From positions 1 through 64,000 of the IMG/VR virus record IMGVR_UViG_3300033186_000013: a stretch of 64,000 nucleotides of DNA. One strand, given 5' to 3'. Origin of the DNA: a virus. The notes beneath the pieces are model-generated. The model saw only the letters and a program-made list of their open reading frames with translations. It did no database searches and had not been told where the DNA came from. Shown here in pieces: positions 33,019-42,944 of this stretch (its first letter is position 1; every line of letters begins with the position of its first letter). The position numbers were made by a program, and so were the translations under genes.

Positions 33019-33678
33019 ATGGCAGCAGTTACATCAGCAGTTATCGCAGCAGGAACAGCAGGTTATCAAATATTTTCTGCCGAGCGACAGAAGAAAGAGG
33101 CTAAAGAAGCCATAGAAAACTTTGAGAGACAAGACCTCGACAACCCGTTTAAGAACATCCAAATAAGCACATTAAAGGCAGAGCAACAAACAGAAGCCAA
33201 TAATGTCAACCTTGCAACGAGCGTAGATGCTTTACAAAGAGCAGGTACACGAGGCGTATTGGGTGGTATTCCAAGAATAAACCAACAAAATATTTTGCTT
33301 CAAAATCTTATCTCTGCCGATTTGGAGAGACAGGATGTAGAACGAAGCAGATTAATAGCGCAGGGCGAGGCTCGCATTCAAGGTATTCAAGAGAATCGCG
33401 AGAACCTTGCCTTACAAGGATTAGGTCAGCAGTTGCAAACTGCCCGTCAAGATTCTGCTACTGGAATAGCCAATCTTGCATCAGGTATTCTTGCTTTTGG
33501 AAGTGCTACACAGCAGAATGGCGGTATTGGTGGTTCAGGTGGTGGTACGCCTCAACAAGCAACCACAGAAACAACCAATCCTCTCATTGATACTTCTGTT
33601 AATTTTTCAGATTTTTTCAATACTGGCGGTGATATAAATGCGTCATTATTTGACAATACTAATACACTTTTAAGTTAA
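33019..33678 (+). CDS. internal virion protein candidate
   Basis: 219 aa with a hydrophobic N-terminus MAAVTSAVIAAGTAGY, a Q-rich helical middle and a Gly-rich tail. It is the first of a small/medium/giant gene series. Confidence 0.3.
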   Translation: MAAVTSAVIAAGTAGYQIFSAERQKKEAKEAIENFERQDLDNPFKNIQISTLKAEQQTEANNVNLATSVDALQRAGTRGVLGGIPRINQQNILLQNLISADLERQDVERSRLIAQGEARIQGIQENRENLALQGLGQQLQTARQDSATGIANLASGILAFGSATQQNGGIGGSGGGTPQQATTETTNPLIDTSVNFSDFFNTGGDINASLFDNTNTLLS

Positions 33679-33684
33679 TAGGAT

Positions 33685-35211
33685 ATGGCGCAGAATACTA
33701 ACGCAGCAGCATTCACAAGATTACGTCCTTTAGAAAACACCAATGTTGGTCAGATTGTAGAGGAACACGTTAGGTATTGGCGTAAGTACAAGGATGCGCA
33801 AGAGGCGGAAGAACTTGCACGAAAGGCTCGTGAGGCAGAATTTAATCGAAAGGTAGCCAAAGAAACCTTTGAGATTTACGACGGGCTTACACCCGAAGAA
33901 AATGCAGGGTTTTTAAACGCTCAAATTATTGACAACTTTGAAAAGAACAAGCCTCTATATATGGAACTTGCGAAGCGCGCTGCTGCGGGAGATATAGATG
34001 CGAGGTTTAGATTGGCTGATGAGAAAAGAAAAATAGAATCTGCGGTACTCATAAACAAAACGTACTCTGAAAAGATAAAGTCTTTAGAGGAACAAAAGGC
34101 TAAAGGTGTTTTTAATGATGTGTTGGATGCTGACATTGAATCGTTTAAAAATTCTATACTTCAAGGAAAATACAAACTTAATGGCGATTGGTCATTAGAT
34201 GTTTATAGTCCTGCTCTTGAAAGAGATTTTAAGGAAGGAACGAGTGGAGTAAACAGCGAAGGAATTGTAAGACTGAATTCCAGTACGCTATTCAATAATG
34301 ACTTTCTGAATTCTACATTTAATAAAAAGGCAGAGTTCATTAAAAATGGCAAGTCTATTGCTGAAAACCTACTCGACAAAGAGGACGGTAACAAGCAGAT
34401 TACAGCAGACACAAAACGAGAAGGAATACGACTTGTTAGAGGTTTGTTTGCAGAGGATAGCGTAGAGGCTCGCACTTGGTATGGGACTGCTGCCCGTAGA
34501 GGTCTTGTTGATTTTGATGTTCCGTTTGGTCAACTTGACGAAGTACAACAAAACTTATTGGCAGATTCTTATTATGAGCAGGTTGTTAAACCTAACTTGG
34601 AAGAGGTTACTGTTGACAATACACTTGATGACGCTCTTAAACAACAACGTTTACGGAACGCTCAACTTGAAGCGCAAAGAAAGCGTCAGCAGATTAGAAA
34701 AGGTAAGCGCGATGAGGCTTCTGAAATAACAACAATATCTGCTTCTACTGATGAGACTGGCGGTCAAATATCTATTGCTGATGCAAAAGACGAAAAAGGA
34801 AATACTGTCGCCATAGAAAGCGCAGAAGTATTCAACTTAAACGGTAAGCCTATTACATTCGGAGTTAAAGGTAATAGCCGTAGCAATGTTACATATAGTG
34901 ATTTAATCCGAACACAAAATGGCGATGTGTTTGCTCTTGGTCAAAGAGTAATAAAAGAACAAGTGCCTATTCTTGATGAGGAAGGAAACCCCGCTATTGA
35001 TGATGATGGTGTTCCAAGAACAAGAACGGAAGAACGTGTGATTGAGGACTTTATTGAAACCGACAAAAAGGTTCTTAATAATATTTCGAGGTTGATTGAA
35101 AATGATAATGGCAAGAAACTTAAAGACCTCAACGATTTGGATAAGTTACTTTTAAATAAAAAATTCCAACTGAAAGAGGATAATAACTCTTTCGACCCGA
35201 CTAAATTTTAA
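33685..35211 (+). CDS. internal virion protein candidate
   Basis: 508 aa, charged and helical. The call is positional only. Confidence 0.3.
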   Translation: MAQNTNAAAFTRLRPLENTNVGQIVEEHVRYWRKYKDAQEAEELARKAREAEFNRKVAKETFEIYDGLTPEENAGFLNAQIIDNFEKNKPLYMELAKRAAAGDIDARFRLADEKRKIESAVLINKTYSEKIKSLEEQKAKGVFNDVLDADIESFKNSILQGKYKLNGDWSLDVYSPALERDFKEGTSGVNSEGIVRLNSSTLFNNDFLNSTFNKKAEFIKNGKSIAENLLDKEDGNKQITADTKREGIRLVRGLFAEDSVEARTWYGTAARRGLVDFDVPFGQLDEVQQNLLADSYYEQVVKPNLEEVTVDNTLDDALKQQRLRNAQLEAQRKRQQIRKGKRDEASEITTISASTDETGGQISIADAKDEKGNTVAIESAEVFNLNGKPITFGVKGNSRSNVTYSDLIRTQNGDVFALGQRVIKEQVPILDEEGNPAIDDDGVPRTRTEERVIEDFIETDKKVLNNISRLIENDNGKKLKDLNDLDKLLLNKKFQLKEDNNSFDPTKF

Positions 35212-35214
35212 TGT

Positions 35215-38200
35215 ATGAACGAAGAATATTTATTAGGGGTATATAATGAGTTCGGCGGACAAGATTCTTTAAAGACCGACTTTAAAACTTGGGTGTCTCG
35301 CATTCAGAATAATAACGAGTACAAGAAAGGTATATTTACCCATTTCGGCGGTCAGTCAAAATTGAACACTTCTTTTGACGAATGGAATAGCCGTGTGTTC
35401 GGAGTAAAAAAAAAAGTCAGTCCCCAACAGGATACTACTTCAACTTCAAACGTTGGAGAATTGGATACGTCAACTACGGAAGTTGGTGGGTCTTTGGAAT
35501 CACAAACAGATAATTCTTTTAGGTCATTAATAAATGAGCCTAAAGTTCCTTTGGATTTTGAACCAAGAGCGTTTTTCCCGAAACCAACATTTGACAACAT
35601 AAACGGTGTTAAGCCCTTTATAGAAAACCCTGATTTTGATTTCGAGCAATTATCACAGCAAGGCGGTACAGAGATAAGTCCTTTTGGTTTCAATCAAGCA
35701 TTCATAAGAAATCCTGATTTTAATGAGACTATTCAGGACGGAACACAAATAGTATTAAATTCAAAGTTCGACAGAGACAAGCCTGTATCGGAAGAAAACC
35801 CTGAATTTTTACAGGTGCGTATCCCGCAACCCGAAGATAAGTTTTTCAGAGCAACAGATGATGAGTTGAAAAAACTTGAAGAATTCGAGAACCTTCAACA
35901 ATTATCACAGGAAGAATTGTCTGAAATTGACAATCAAATCAAAGAAGAAGAATCGGGAGATTTTGGGTTCTTTGGGAACATCAAAAACGCCATAGTATCA
36001 ACCCCAACTTTCGGAACTACATTTAACCCATTTTTCTCTCCGCAGAATCTTAGCAAAGTTTCTAAGCGCGAAGATTTAATTGCAGCAAAAATAAAAGAGA
36101 AAAGGGTAGATTTTTTATCAGATTTGGACGATGACGAAAAAGATAAAATCCAATCATTTGTTCGTACCAAAAATTTCTTGGCAGACCAAAACCGTCAGAA
36201 ATTAGAACGTGAGATAAATACTTTGGATGAGGGTCTTATCCAAACAAGAGATAGTGTCGCAACAATAGATAATCGTTTCAATGAGATTGAAACTGAAAAA
36301 CAAAAACTTCAAGACCAAGCAACTCGTGGTGGGGACGTTAATCAGTTGAGAACATCGTTTGATAACTTGATTAGTGAGCAAGGCAAACTAATTGAGCAGA
36401 GAAACGAAATCATTACTAATGCTGAACCCGCATTAAACGAGCGAATCAACAAACTAAATCAACTTGAAAACAGCGTTACCAATATCGGTACGATGGAACA
36501 AGAACTTGATTTACTTAAAAGAAACTATGGTTTTCTTGATAATGTTGTTACACGCGTGGGAATAGGGTATGCTAATTTGGCTGCAAATTTTGTGTTCCAG
36601 TTCGAGAGGTCAGAACTAAACAACAAACGTCAACGTCTTAAATTCATATTATCAAATGGACTTCAAGACGATGAGCGATATAAAGACTTTGTTCCGCCTG
36701 TTTACCGAATAGAAGGCAACGAATATAATGAGGAAGAATTCGACAAAGAGACAGAGGAACTTCAAAAAAGACTTCTTAATAGTACAATCGTAGGCAAAGA
36801 GATACTTGACAGACAACGAGAAAACATTAGACCAAGCATTTCTGTTTCGGATATAAACAGTTTTGGTGATGTTGTTGATTTTACAGTAGATGGTCTTTCA
36901 GATAATGTCGCCACAGTTCATCAGTTGGCTATACCTTATGTTGGTCAGACTTCATTTGTAATCGGTCAACAAGCCGATGCGGAGATAAACATTCGTCGCA
37001 AAGAAAAGGCAAACCGAGAAGAACTTGCATCTATAAAAACCCAACTTCAACAGGAAGGGATTTCAGATGAAGATAGAGCCACCCTTGAAAAAAGAAAAGA
37101 GTTTTTAGAAAAGAAAGAGCCTTTGTCTGATGGAAAAGTGTTCTTAGCATCTACTGGAATGGCTTTGTCCGAGTTGGCATTCAGCAGGCTTTTTGGTGAG
37201 GTTAAAAGAATCAATGTCGGAAAACGGGTTTTAAAGGACGCTACCACTCAACAACTTTCAGGACAGGTAAGACGCTCTGTAAAAGATAGGTTCAAAGACG
37301 TATTGAAGGGCGGTGGTGAAGTATTGAAAGATGCTGCCGAAGAAGGATTTTTAGATGAATTCCTTACAAACACAACACAGAACGCTATCAATAAGTTTTA
37401 CTTGGGAGATTCCGAAGTGGGTTTATTTGATAATTCATTGGATGCAATAGGTGGCGGGTTCTCCGTTGGTGGTGTTTTGTCTGCTGCTCCAAGAACTGCG
37501 GGTGCATTTTTGAGCCACATATCAAATAAGAATAAAAGGAATCAAGTTTTTAGCAATGTCAAGGAAATAACAGAACTTCAAAGATACCTTGATGAAACAC
37601 CTGATTTAGAACAGAGTGCCATAGACATCACTCAATCTAAAATTCAGAAATTGCTCAATGACAATAACCAAATTATTGGGGAAACAGTTGATAATTTCGA
37701 CAACCTTGATGATGATTCTAAAAAGAGATTACTCGAAGTATCTAATGAAATCGTTTCTTTAGATATTACATTGGATAAGTTGAACAGAAAAAACAATCTT
37801 ACCGACGCGGAGAAAACACTAAAGACAGAGGTTGAAGGAAGGCTGAATACTTTAAATTCTGAACAAGACATCATTATAAACCAAAGAGTTCAACTTGAAG
37901 TTGATGGCAATAGTTTCTTGACCAATAAAGAAGATTTCCAAAAGTTTATTCAGGATGATGCAAATGTACAGTCTATAATTGACGGAAGCACAAATGTTGA
38001 GATAGTGAACAACCAAGAACTTGCTGATGCGCTCGACACGCGCATAAAGGAAGTTACTGACGGCGTAACACGAGACAGTAAGGATAATTCATTTAATCCA
38101 TTAGAAAGTGAAGGAGAAGCCATAGGAAGGCTTGTTGAGAACATAGATGATACGACTTCTTTAGAGGATGTTGCCAAAGCGCATACAGACAGTTATGTAA

Positions 38201-41200
38201 ACTATCTGCAAGAGCAAGGTGTTACAGATGATGTGTTGAACTCGAACTTTGTTCAATCTTTTGAAGAACGAATTGTAGATGCGTTAAGCCGTCCTGATGA
38301 ATTCGATTTTAGTCAACCGAGAACACAGGATAATGGTAGTCGTGTAGATAACGATGGTAATTCCATAACCGAAACAGAATTTTTGCAGAACCAAAACAAA
38401 CTTGAAACTGGATTTGAAGGGATTGATTCAATCATATCAGAACAGCAAGATACTAACACCCAAGAAGATACTGATGTTGAAACTAATGTTGATACACAAA
38501 ACAATCAGAATGCAGATGTTGATTTAGAGACATTCGTAAACCAAATAGGCGAATCTTCATCAACAGTATTGGAAGATACTTTAGGCGCAACAGTAGATGA
38601 TACCCGTATTTTATTTAAAGAAAAGAACGGAAATATCTCTATTGAACAAATGCAAACCGCAAGAGACAGTAGAGGTCAAGGTAGTGCGAGAAAAGCATTA
38701 ACTAAAATAACTGAAATCGCAGACCAAACAAACAAGACACTTCAACTTAATGTAGTCCCTTTAGATGACACAACAACAGAAGAAGGATTGATTTCTTTAT
38801 ACGAAAGTTTTGGTTTTAAAAAAGATAAGGACTTTGATAATGAGGACGGGGGCTTAATGTTTAGAGAGCCTAATACGCAAACTGATTTTCAATTTGAAAG
38901 TTCACAACCAAGAATACAGGGCGAGCAATTATCTAATCTTGTTATAAGGCTTCAAAGAACGGGTCTTGCAGAAGGTGTAACTGTTTTGTCAGAAAATGAT
39001 TTTACAGCCAAACTAAAAGAGATTGGTCAGGATTCAAATGTCGTCCCGAATGGTTTTGTTAGCGATGGTACTGTTTTCCTAAACAGAGACAAGGTTAAGC
39101 AGGATACCCCTATACACGAATTCGGTCATTTATGGAACTCATACGTGAAGCAAAATAACCGCGATGTCTATGACACGGGTATAAACCTTATACGTGATAG
39201 CGAATACCATAAGGCTATTCAAAACAATAATCAATACGACAACCTATCAGAAGAACAAAAACTTGAAGAAGCGTTGGCGCAGGCTATCGGAGATAAAGGT
39301 GTTAAGATTTTAGACGAGAGTAGAAAAAGTAAGTTTACTCAATGGTTCAGAAATTTATTTACTCAAATTGCTCGCGGTCTTGGTTTAAGGGGTCTTACGG
39401 GAACACAATTATCTCGCCTTAATTTAGATAGGTTTACCGACTTAGCAAGTGCCGAAATATTGAGTGGTCAAAACATTGACACTCAAACACAGACCACGAA
39501 TCAAGTAGATAGTTCTATTGATGCAATTATCTCGGAACAAAAGGCTATTCAAGAAGCAAAAAATAAATTGCTCGAAAAGTTCAGAAGCCGTAACACAACG
39601 GTTGAAGAAATAAAGAAAGACCTGATTAGATACATTCGTTCAAGCATAAATAGTGCGCGAGTTAATGAGATTCAAAAAACAGAATTGAATAAACTTCTGA
39701 ATGCTGTCAGGAAGGCTAAAACAAAACGAAGCCTACAAAAATCATTCAATGAGGTCAATGACATTGTTACCGTATTGGATAATAGAATTCTAAAACGACG
39801 CATTGATAGGATTCTCGGCAGCAAACTTTCTAAAAAAGAAAGTGGTCGCCGTAAAGCAAATACCATTTCAGAAGAATCAAGAATAATTCTTGAATCAGTA
39901 AAAAACAATATTGACACTCCGAAATCCAGTCCAAATGATGCGAGAACTTCTACACAGAGAAGATTGGATAAACTTGATGAGTTGTTAGGTAAACGAGACG
40001 AATTATTAGAACTCGACACGCTTACAGAAGCACAAGATTCCGAGATAGAATCATTGAGCATTTCTATTGATTTACTAAACGCTATCACAACAAAGGACAT
40101 CAATAATGAAAATGAATTGCTTACAGGTGCTTTAGAGCAATTAGACTTTATTCAATCTACGGGTAGAAGCCAATTAAGAGAACAGAAGGAAGCAATACAG
40201 CAAGAGGACAATGCCTTGATTGATTCCATAGAAGATGATATAAACCCCGAAGGTAAAACTTCGTTGAAGTCCCTTAAAGAGTTAGAAAACGAAAGTCGTG
40301 TCGCCAAGAACATAGTTGATATTGTCCGTAAGCAAGCAAGACGAACTTTCTTTACACTTTTTCAGGGAACAGTAACGGGAAGTTTAGACAGTTTATCAAC
40401 CTTAATATCTCGCAGAGGCGGTGAAAATAGAGATTCGAGCGCATTGGTTCAGTTTGTCAACAAATTAAAACGACGAGAGACTTTAAAGAAAACGCGTATA
40501 AAATTCTTTTCAAAGAAACTTACTGATAGTCAGAAATCTATATTTGGAAGTATCACGAAAGCCCATAAACTTTTAAATAAAAGGGTTGACATAGATTTGA
40601 TGCGTCGTCCAAACTTGAACCCTGATGAAAACCGAGAGCCAGTAACAGTTCCGTTGACTTATTCACAAATGTTAAATGTTTGGATGAACGCTAAAAACGA
40701 TAAGTTGAAAGCGGGTCTTGATGCCAATGGATTTACGCCTGATGTTATTAAAAAGATTGATGAGATTCTTCCGCCAAAAGTAAAGGAGTACGGTGATACT
40801 CTTTTCAATATATATGAGGAATTGTACATCGAATCTAATGATGTTTACAAAAAGATGAATTTCCACTCTTTAGGCAAGCCCGATTTCTACGCGGGTAAAG
40901 TTTATAGGGATTCAAAAGACACTCCTGAATCTTTAAGAGAGGACACCAACGCCTTGTTGGGTGGTGTTTCAAGCATAAATTCAACTGGATATTCTTCTCA
41001 AAAGGAACGTATTAATAACGATAACCCTATTCAGGCTGTTGATGTTAACTTTTTAGTTAATCGTCAGATTCAAGAATCGTCTCATTATGTGGCATACGCA
41101 GAGGTTCACAGGCAATACAATAAACTTTTAAAGGACAAGAAAATTCAGAAGGCTATACGGTTGAATAATCCTGAAACTGCTGATGAAATCATAAGTATTC

Positions 41201-42576
41201 TGAACTATTATAAGGTAAAAGATTTAGAGCAAGGTGGCGAAAAAGGAACACCGTTGCTTGATTTCTTCGGAAGAAACACAGCAAGGTCAGTTCTCGCGTT
41301 AAAAACAAAGATTGGTCTTACACAGACCATATCATTTTTGAATGGTGCTTTTGATATGCCTACGGGTATAAATCCTGTGAACTTTGTAAAACACTACAAC
41401 CCTGTTGAGATTGTTCAAAATATGAGATTCTTATTAAAGAATTCGGACTATCTGAAAAACCGATATGATGTCGGCGGGATTGAAAATGCAATGACTGGAC
41501 TATCTGATTTGGCTGACCAATCAAGTGTTGGTTTTGGGAACTCAAATTTAGAAGCCAGTAGAAAAGCGACAGCCCGATTCTATAAGAGAGCATTAGATAT
41601 AGCGATGCTTAATGTAAAGTTTGGTGATGCTATCGGTGTTATGGGTGCTGTTCCTGCGTATTCTGCTTGGTTAGATAAATTTAAGAAGCAAGGTTTGTCA
41701 GATGCAGAGGCGACAGAAAGAGCCATAGCCAAGTTTGAAGGTGCTGTTGATAGGTCGCAGCAATCAATATCTACATTCGGAAAAAGTAAATTACAGAAGC
41801 ATCCGTTTTGGAGATACTTTATGATGTTTAAAACCTCGCCGATTCAAAACTTGCAAAATGCTAATTTCCATAGACGAGAATTAGTAAGGGCTTTGAGAGG
41901 TCGTGAAGCAAAAGGAACTATTGGAAGGAACGCATTAGCATTCATTAATTATCAGTTTGCGCAGCCAATGTTATATACATACATCGCAGGTCTAATGGCA
42001 GGAAGTTTAGGTGCTGCTTTAGGGTTTGGGGACGAAGAACCTGATGACGCAGACAAAGATTTGCTAAGAGCAGCAATACTTGGTAACGCCGATTCTGTTC
42101 CAATAGCAGGAAATATTGCTTTAGCGGTAGTGAATGAGGCTTTAGATAAGCAACAAAACTTCGCGAGTGTAATAAATAGTCCTGTGATTGATAACCTCGA
42201 CAAGATGTCAAACAGTTGGTTGAAAGCGTTTAATGCTAAAACAAAACAATCAAGAGTAAATAACCTCAATAAAGCATTAAAACTTACATCAGGAATACTT
42301 ACAGGGCTTCCAAATTTCGCATACGATACGGTAGAAGATTTGGAAAGCATATACTGGAATGATGAAGTTGATGCCGAAGTTAAGTTTTTGAGAGGAATGG
42401 GATATAGCGATTTTGTTATTGAGCGCGCAAGAACCCAAAGAATCAGTCGCGAAAAATCTGAAAAAGCAAAAGAGCGTATGCGTAGAAGGTATGAGAAATC
42501 TGAACGCGACTATGATAAGTCAAAGAAAAAAACAAACCCGCTTTTCAAAGAGCAAAAAGAAAGTAAGAAGCGTTAA
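35215..42576 (+). CDS. giant multidomain virion protein (ejection/polyvalent type) with GNAT-like and HExxH motifs
   Basis: 2453-aa uninterrupted ORF. It has two ~28-aa N-terminal repeats (FGGQ then W-x-SR) and long coiled-coil stretches. A GNAT-like block RGQGSARKAL, LYESFGFKK lies at ~38600-38830. The zinc-peptidase motif HEFGH is at 39115-39129. Hydrophobic segments lie near the C-terminus, and the tail is very basic. Confidence 0.5.
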   Translation: MNEEYLLGVYNEFGGQDSLKTDFKTWVSRIQNNNEYKKGIFTHFGGQSKLNTSFDEWNSRVFGVKKKVSPQQDTTSTSNVGELDTSTTEVGGSLESQTDNSFRSLINEPKVPLDFEPRAFFPKPTFDNINGVKPFIENPDFDFEQLSQQGGTEISPFGFNQAFIRNPDFNETIQDGTQIVLNSKFDRDKPVSEENPEFLQVRIPQPEDKFFRATDDELKKLEEFENLQQLSQEELSEIDNQIKEEESGDFGFFGNIKNAIVSTPTFGTTFNPFFSPQNLSKVSKREDLIAAKIKEKRVDFLSDLDDDEKDKIQSFVRTKNFLADQNRQKLEREINTLDEGLIQTRDSVATIDNRFNEIETEKQKLQDQATRGGDVNQLRTSFDNLISEQGKLIEQRNEIITNAEPALNERINKLNQLENSVTNIGTMEQELDLLKRNYGFLDNVVTRVGIGYANLAANFVFQFERSELNNKRQRLKFILSNGLQDDERYKDFVPPVYRIEGNEYNEEEFDKETEELQKRLLNSTIVGKEILDRQRENIRPSISVSDINSFGDVVDFTVDGLSDNVATVHQLAIPYVGQTSFVIGQQADAEINIRRKEKANREELASIKTQLQQEGISDEDRATLEKRKEFLEKKEPLSDGKVFLASTGMALSELAFSRLFGEVKRINVGKRVLKDATTQQLSGQVRRSVKDRFKDVLKGGGEVLKDAAEEGFLDEFLTNTTQNAINKFYLGDSEVGLFDNSLDAIGGGFSVGGVLSAAPRTAGAFLSHISNKNKRNQVFSNVKEITELQRYLDETPDLEQSAIDITQSKIQKLLNDNNQIIGETVDNFDNLDDDSKKRLLEVSNEIVSLDITLDKLNRKNNLTDAEKTLKTEVEGRLNTLNSEQDIIINQRVQLEVDGNSFLTNKEDFQKFIQDDANVQSIIDGSTNVEIVNNQELADALDTRIKEVTDGVTRDSKDNSFNPLESEGEAIGRLVENIDDTTSLEDVAKAHTDSYVNYLQEQGVTDDVLNSNFVQSFEERIVDALSRPDEFDFSQPRTQDNGSRVDNDGNSITETEFLQNQNKLETGFEGIDSIISEQQDTNTQEDTDVETNVDTQNNQNADVDLETFVNQIGESSSTVLEDTLGATVDDTRILFKEKNGNISIEQMQTARDSRGQGSARKALTKITEIADQTNKTLQLNVVPLDDTTTEEGLISLYESFGFKKDKDFDNEDGGLMFREPNTQTDFQFESSQPRIQGEQLSNLVIRLQRTGLAEGVTVLSENDFTAKLKEIGQDSNVVPNGFVSDGTVFLNRDKVKQDTPIHEFGHLWNSYVKQNNRDVYDTGINLIRDSEYHKAIQNNNQYDNLSEEQKLEEALAQAIGDKGVKILDESRKSKFTQWFRNLFTQIARGLGLRGLTGTQLSRLNLDRFTDLASAEILSGQNIDTQTQTTNQVDSSIDAIISEQKAIQEAKNKLLEKFRSRNTTVEEIKKDLIRYIRSSINSARVNEIQKTELNKLLNAVRKAKTKRSLQKSFNEVNDIVTVLDNRILKRRIDRILGSKLSKKESGRRKANTISEESRIILESVKNNIDTPKSSPNDARTSTQRRLDKLDELLGKRDELLELDTLTEAQDSEIESLSISIDLLNAITTKDINNENELLTGALEQLDFIQSTGRSQLREQKEAIQQEDNALIDSIEDDINPEGKTSLKSLKELENESRVAKNIVDIVRKQARRTFFTLFQGTVTGSLDSLSTLISRRGGENRDSSALVQFVNKLKRRETLKKTRIKFFSKKLTDSQKSIFGSITKAHKLLNKRVDIDLMRRPNLNPDENREPVTVPLTYSQMLNVWMNAKNDKLKAGLDANGFTPDVIKKIDEILPPKVKEYGDTLFNIYEELYIESNDVYKKMNFHSLGKPDFYAGKVYRDSKDTPESLREDTNALLGGVSSINSTGYSSQKERINNDNPIQAVDVNFLVNRQIQESSHYVAYAEVHRQYNKLLKDKKIQKAIRLNNPETADEIISILNYYKVKDLEQGGEKGTPLLDFFGRNTARSVLALKTKIGLTQTISFLNGAFDMPTGINPVNFVKHYNPVEIVQNMRFLLKNSDYLKNRYDVGGIENAMTGLSDLADQSSVGFGNSNLEASRKATARFYKRALDIAMLNVKFGDAIGVMGAVPAYSAWLDKFKKQGLSDAEATERAIAKFEGAVDRSQQSISTFGKSKLQKHPFWRYFMMFKTSPIQNLQNANFHRRELVRALRGREAKGTIGRNALAFINYQFAQPMLYTYIAGLMAGSLGAALGFGDEEPDDADKDLLRAAILGNADSVPIAGNIALAVVNEALDKQQNFASVINSPVIDNLDKMSNSWLKAFNAKTKQSRVNNLNKALKLTSGILTGLPNFAYDTVEDLESIYWNDEVDAEVKFLRGMGYSDFVIERARTQRISREKSEKAKERMRRRYEKSERDYDKSKKKTNPLFKEQKESKKR
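35406..35415 (+). repeat. A10 homopolymer inside the giant gene
   Basis: GTAAAAAAAAAAGTC encodes VKKKV at codons 64-68. Confidence 0.9.
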
Positions 42577-42944
42577 TGAATATAGAGTTTAATTATAAGG
42601 ACAGAATCATAAAGCATATTGAGGCATTGACAAAAGCCTATGATAACATTATTGATGTCCTGAATCAAGACCTTAAAAAGAAGGATTCCAAAGATGACAA
42701 AAGCGAAGAAGAATTTGCTTTAAAAGATGCGCAGATTAAAACCTATGCTGACGGCATTTTAAAGGCATCAGAAGCAGCAGACAAATTATTAGACCAAATA
42801 CGCTTAAAGTATATTCAGTTGGAAAACTTACAGAAAATAGAGAAGGCTGAAAAAGAAGGTGCAAATAAAGAGGAAGTTGACTTAGATGACGAAGGTATTT
42901 TTGACCCTGAAAAAACCTATAAACTCTCAAAATATTTAGACTAA
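42576..42944 (+). CDS. acidic coiled-coil protein (small terminase only by position)
   Basis: 122 aa, immediately upstream of the large terminase. No DNA-binding motif recognised. Confidence 0.25.
   Translation: MNIEFNYKDRIIKHIEALTKAYDNIIDVLNQDLKKKDSKDDKSEEEFALKDAQIKTYADGILKASEAADKLLDQIRLKYIQLENLQKIEKAEKEGANKEEVDLDDEGIFDPEKTYKLSKYLD

Noticed and set aside
35215-42576. The giant ORF as a virion RNA polymerase (N4-type or crAss-like DPBB type).
   Set aside because: I looked for D-x-D-G-D and for T7-like motifs A/B/C. Only DNDGN (not acidic at the last position) and no R-x-x-x-K, Y-G, H-D-S set were seen. The early-region hairpins differ from N4 promoters, having 6-10-nt loops rather than 3-nt loops. 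This cannot be fully excluded without structure prediction.
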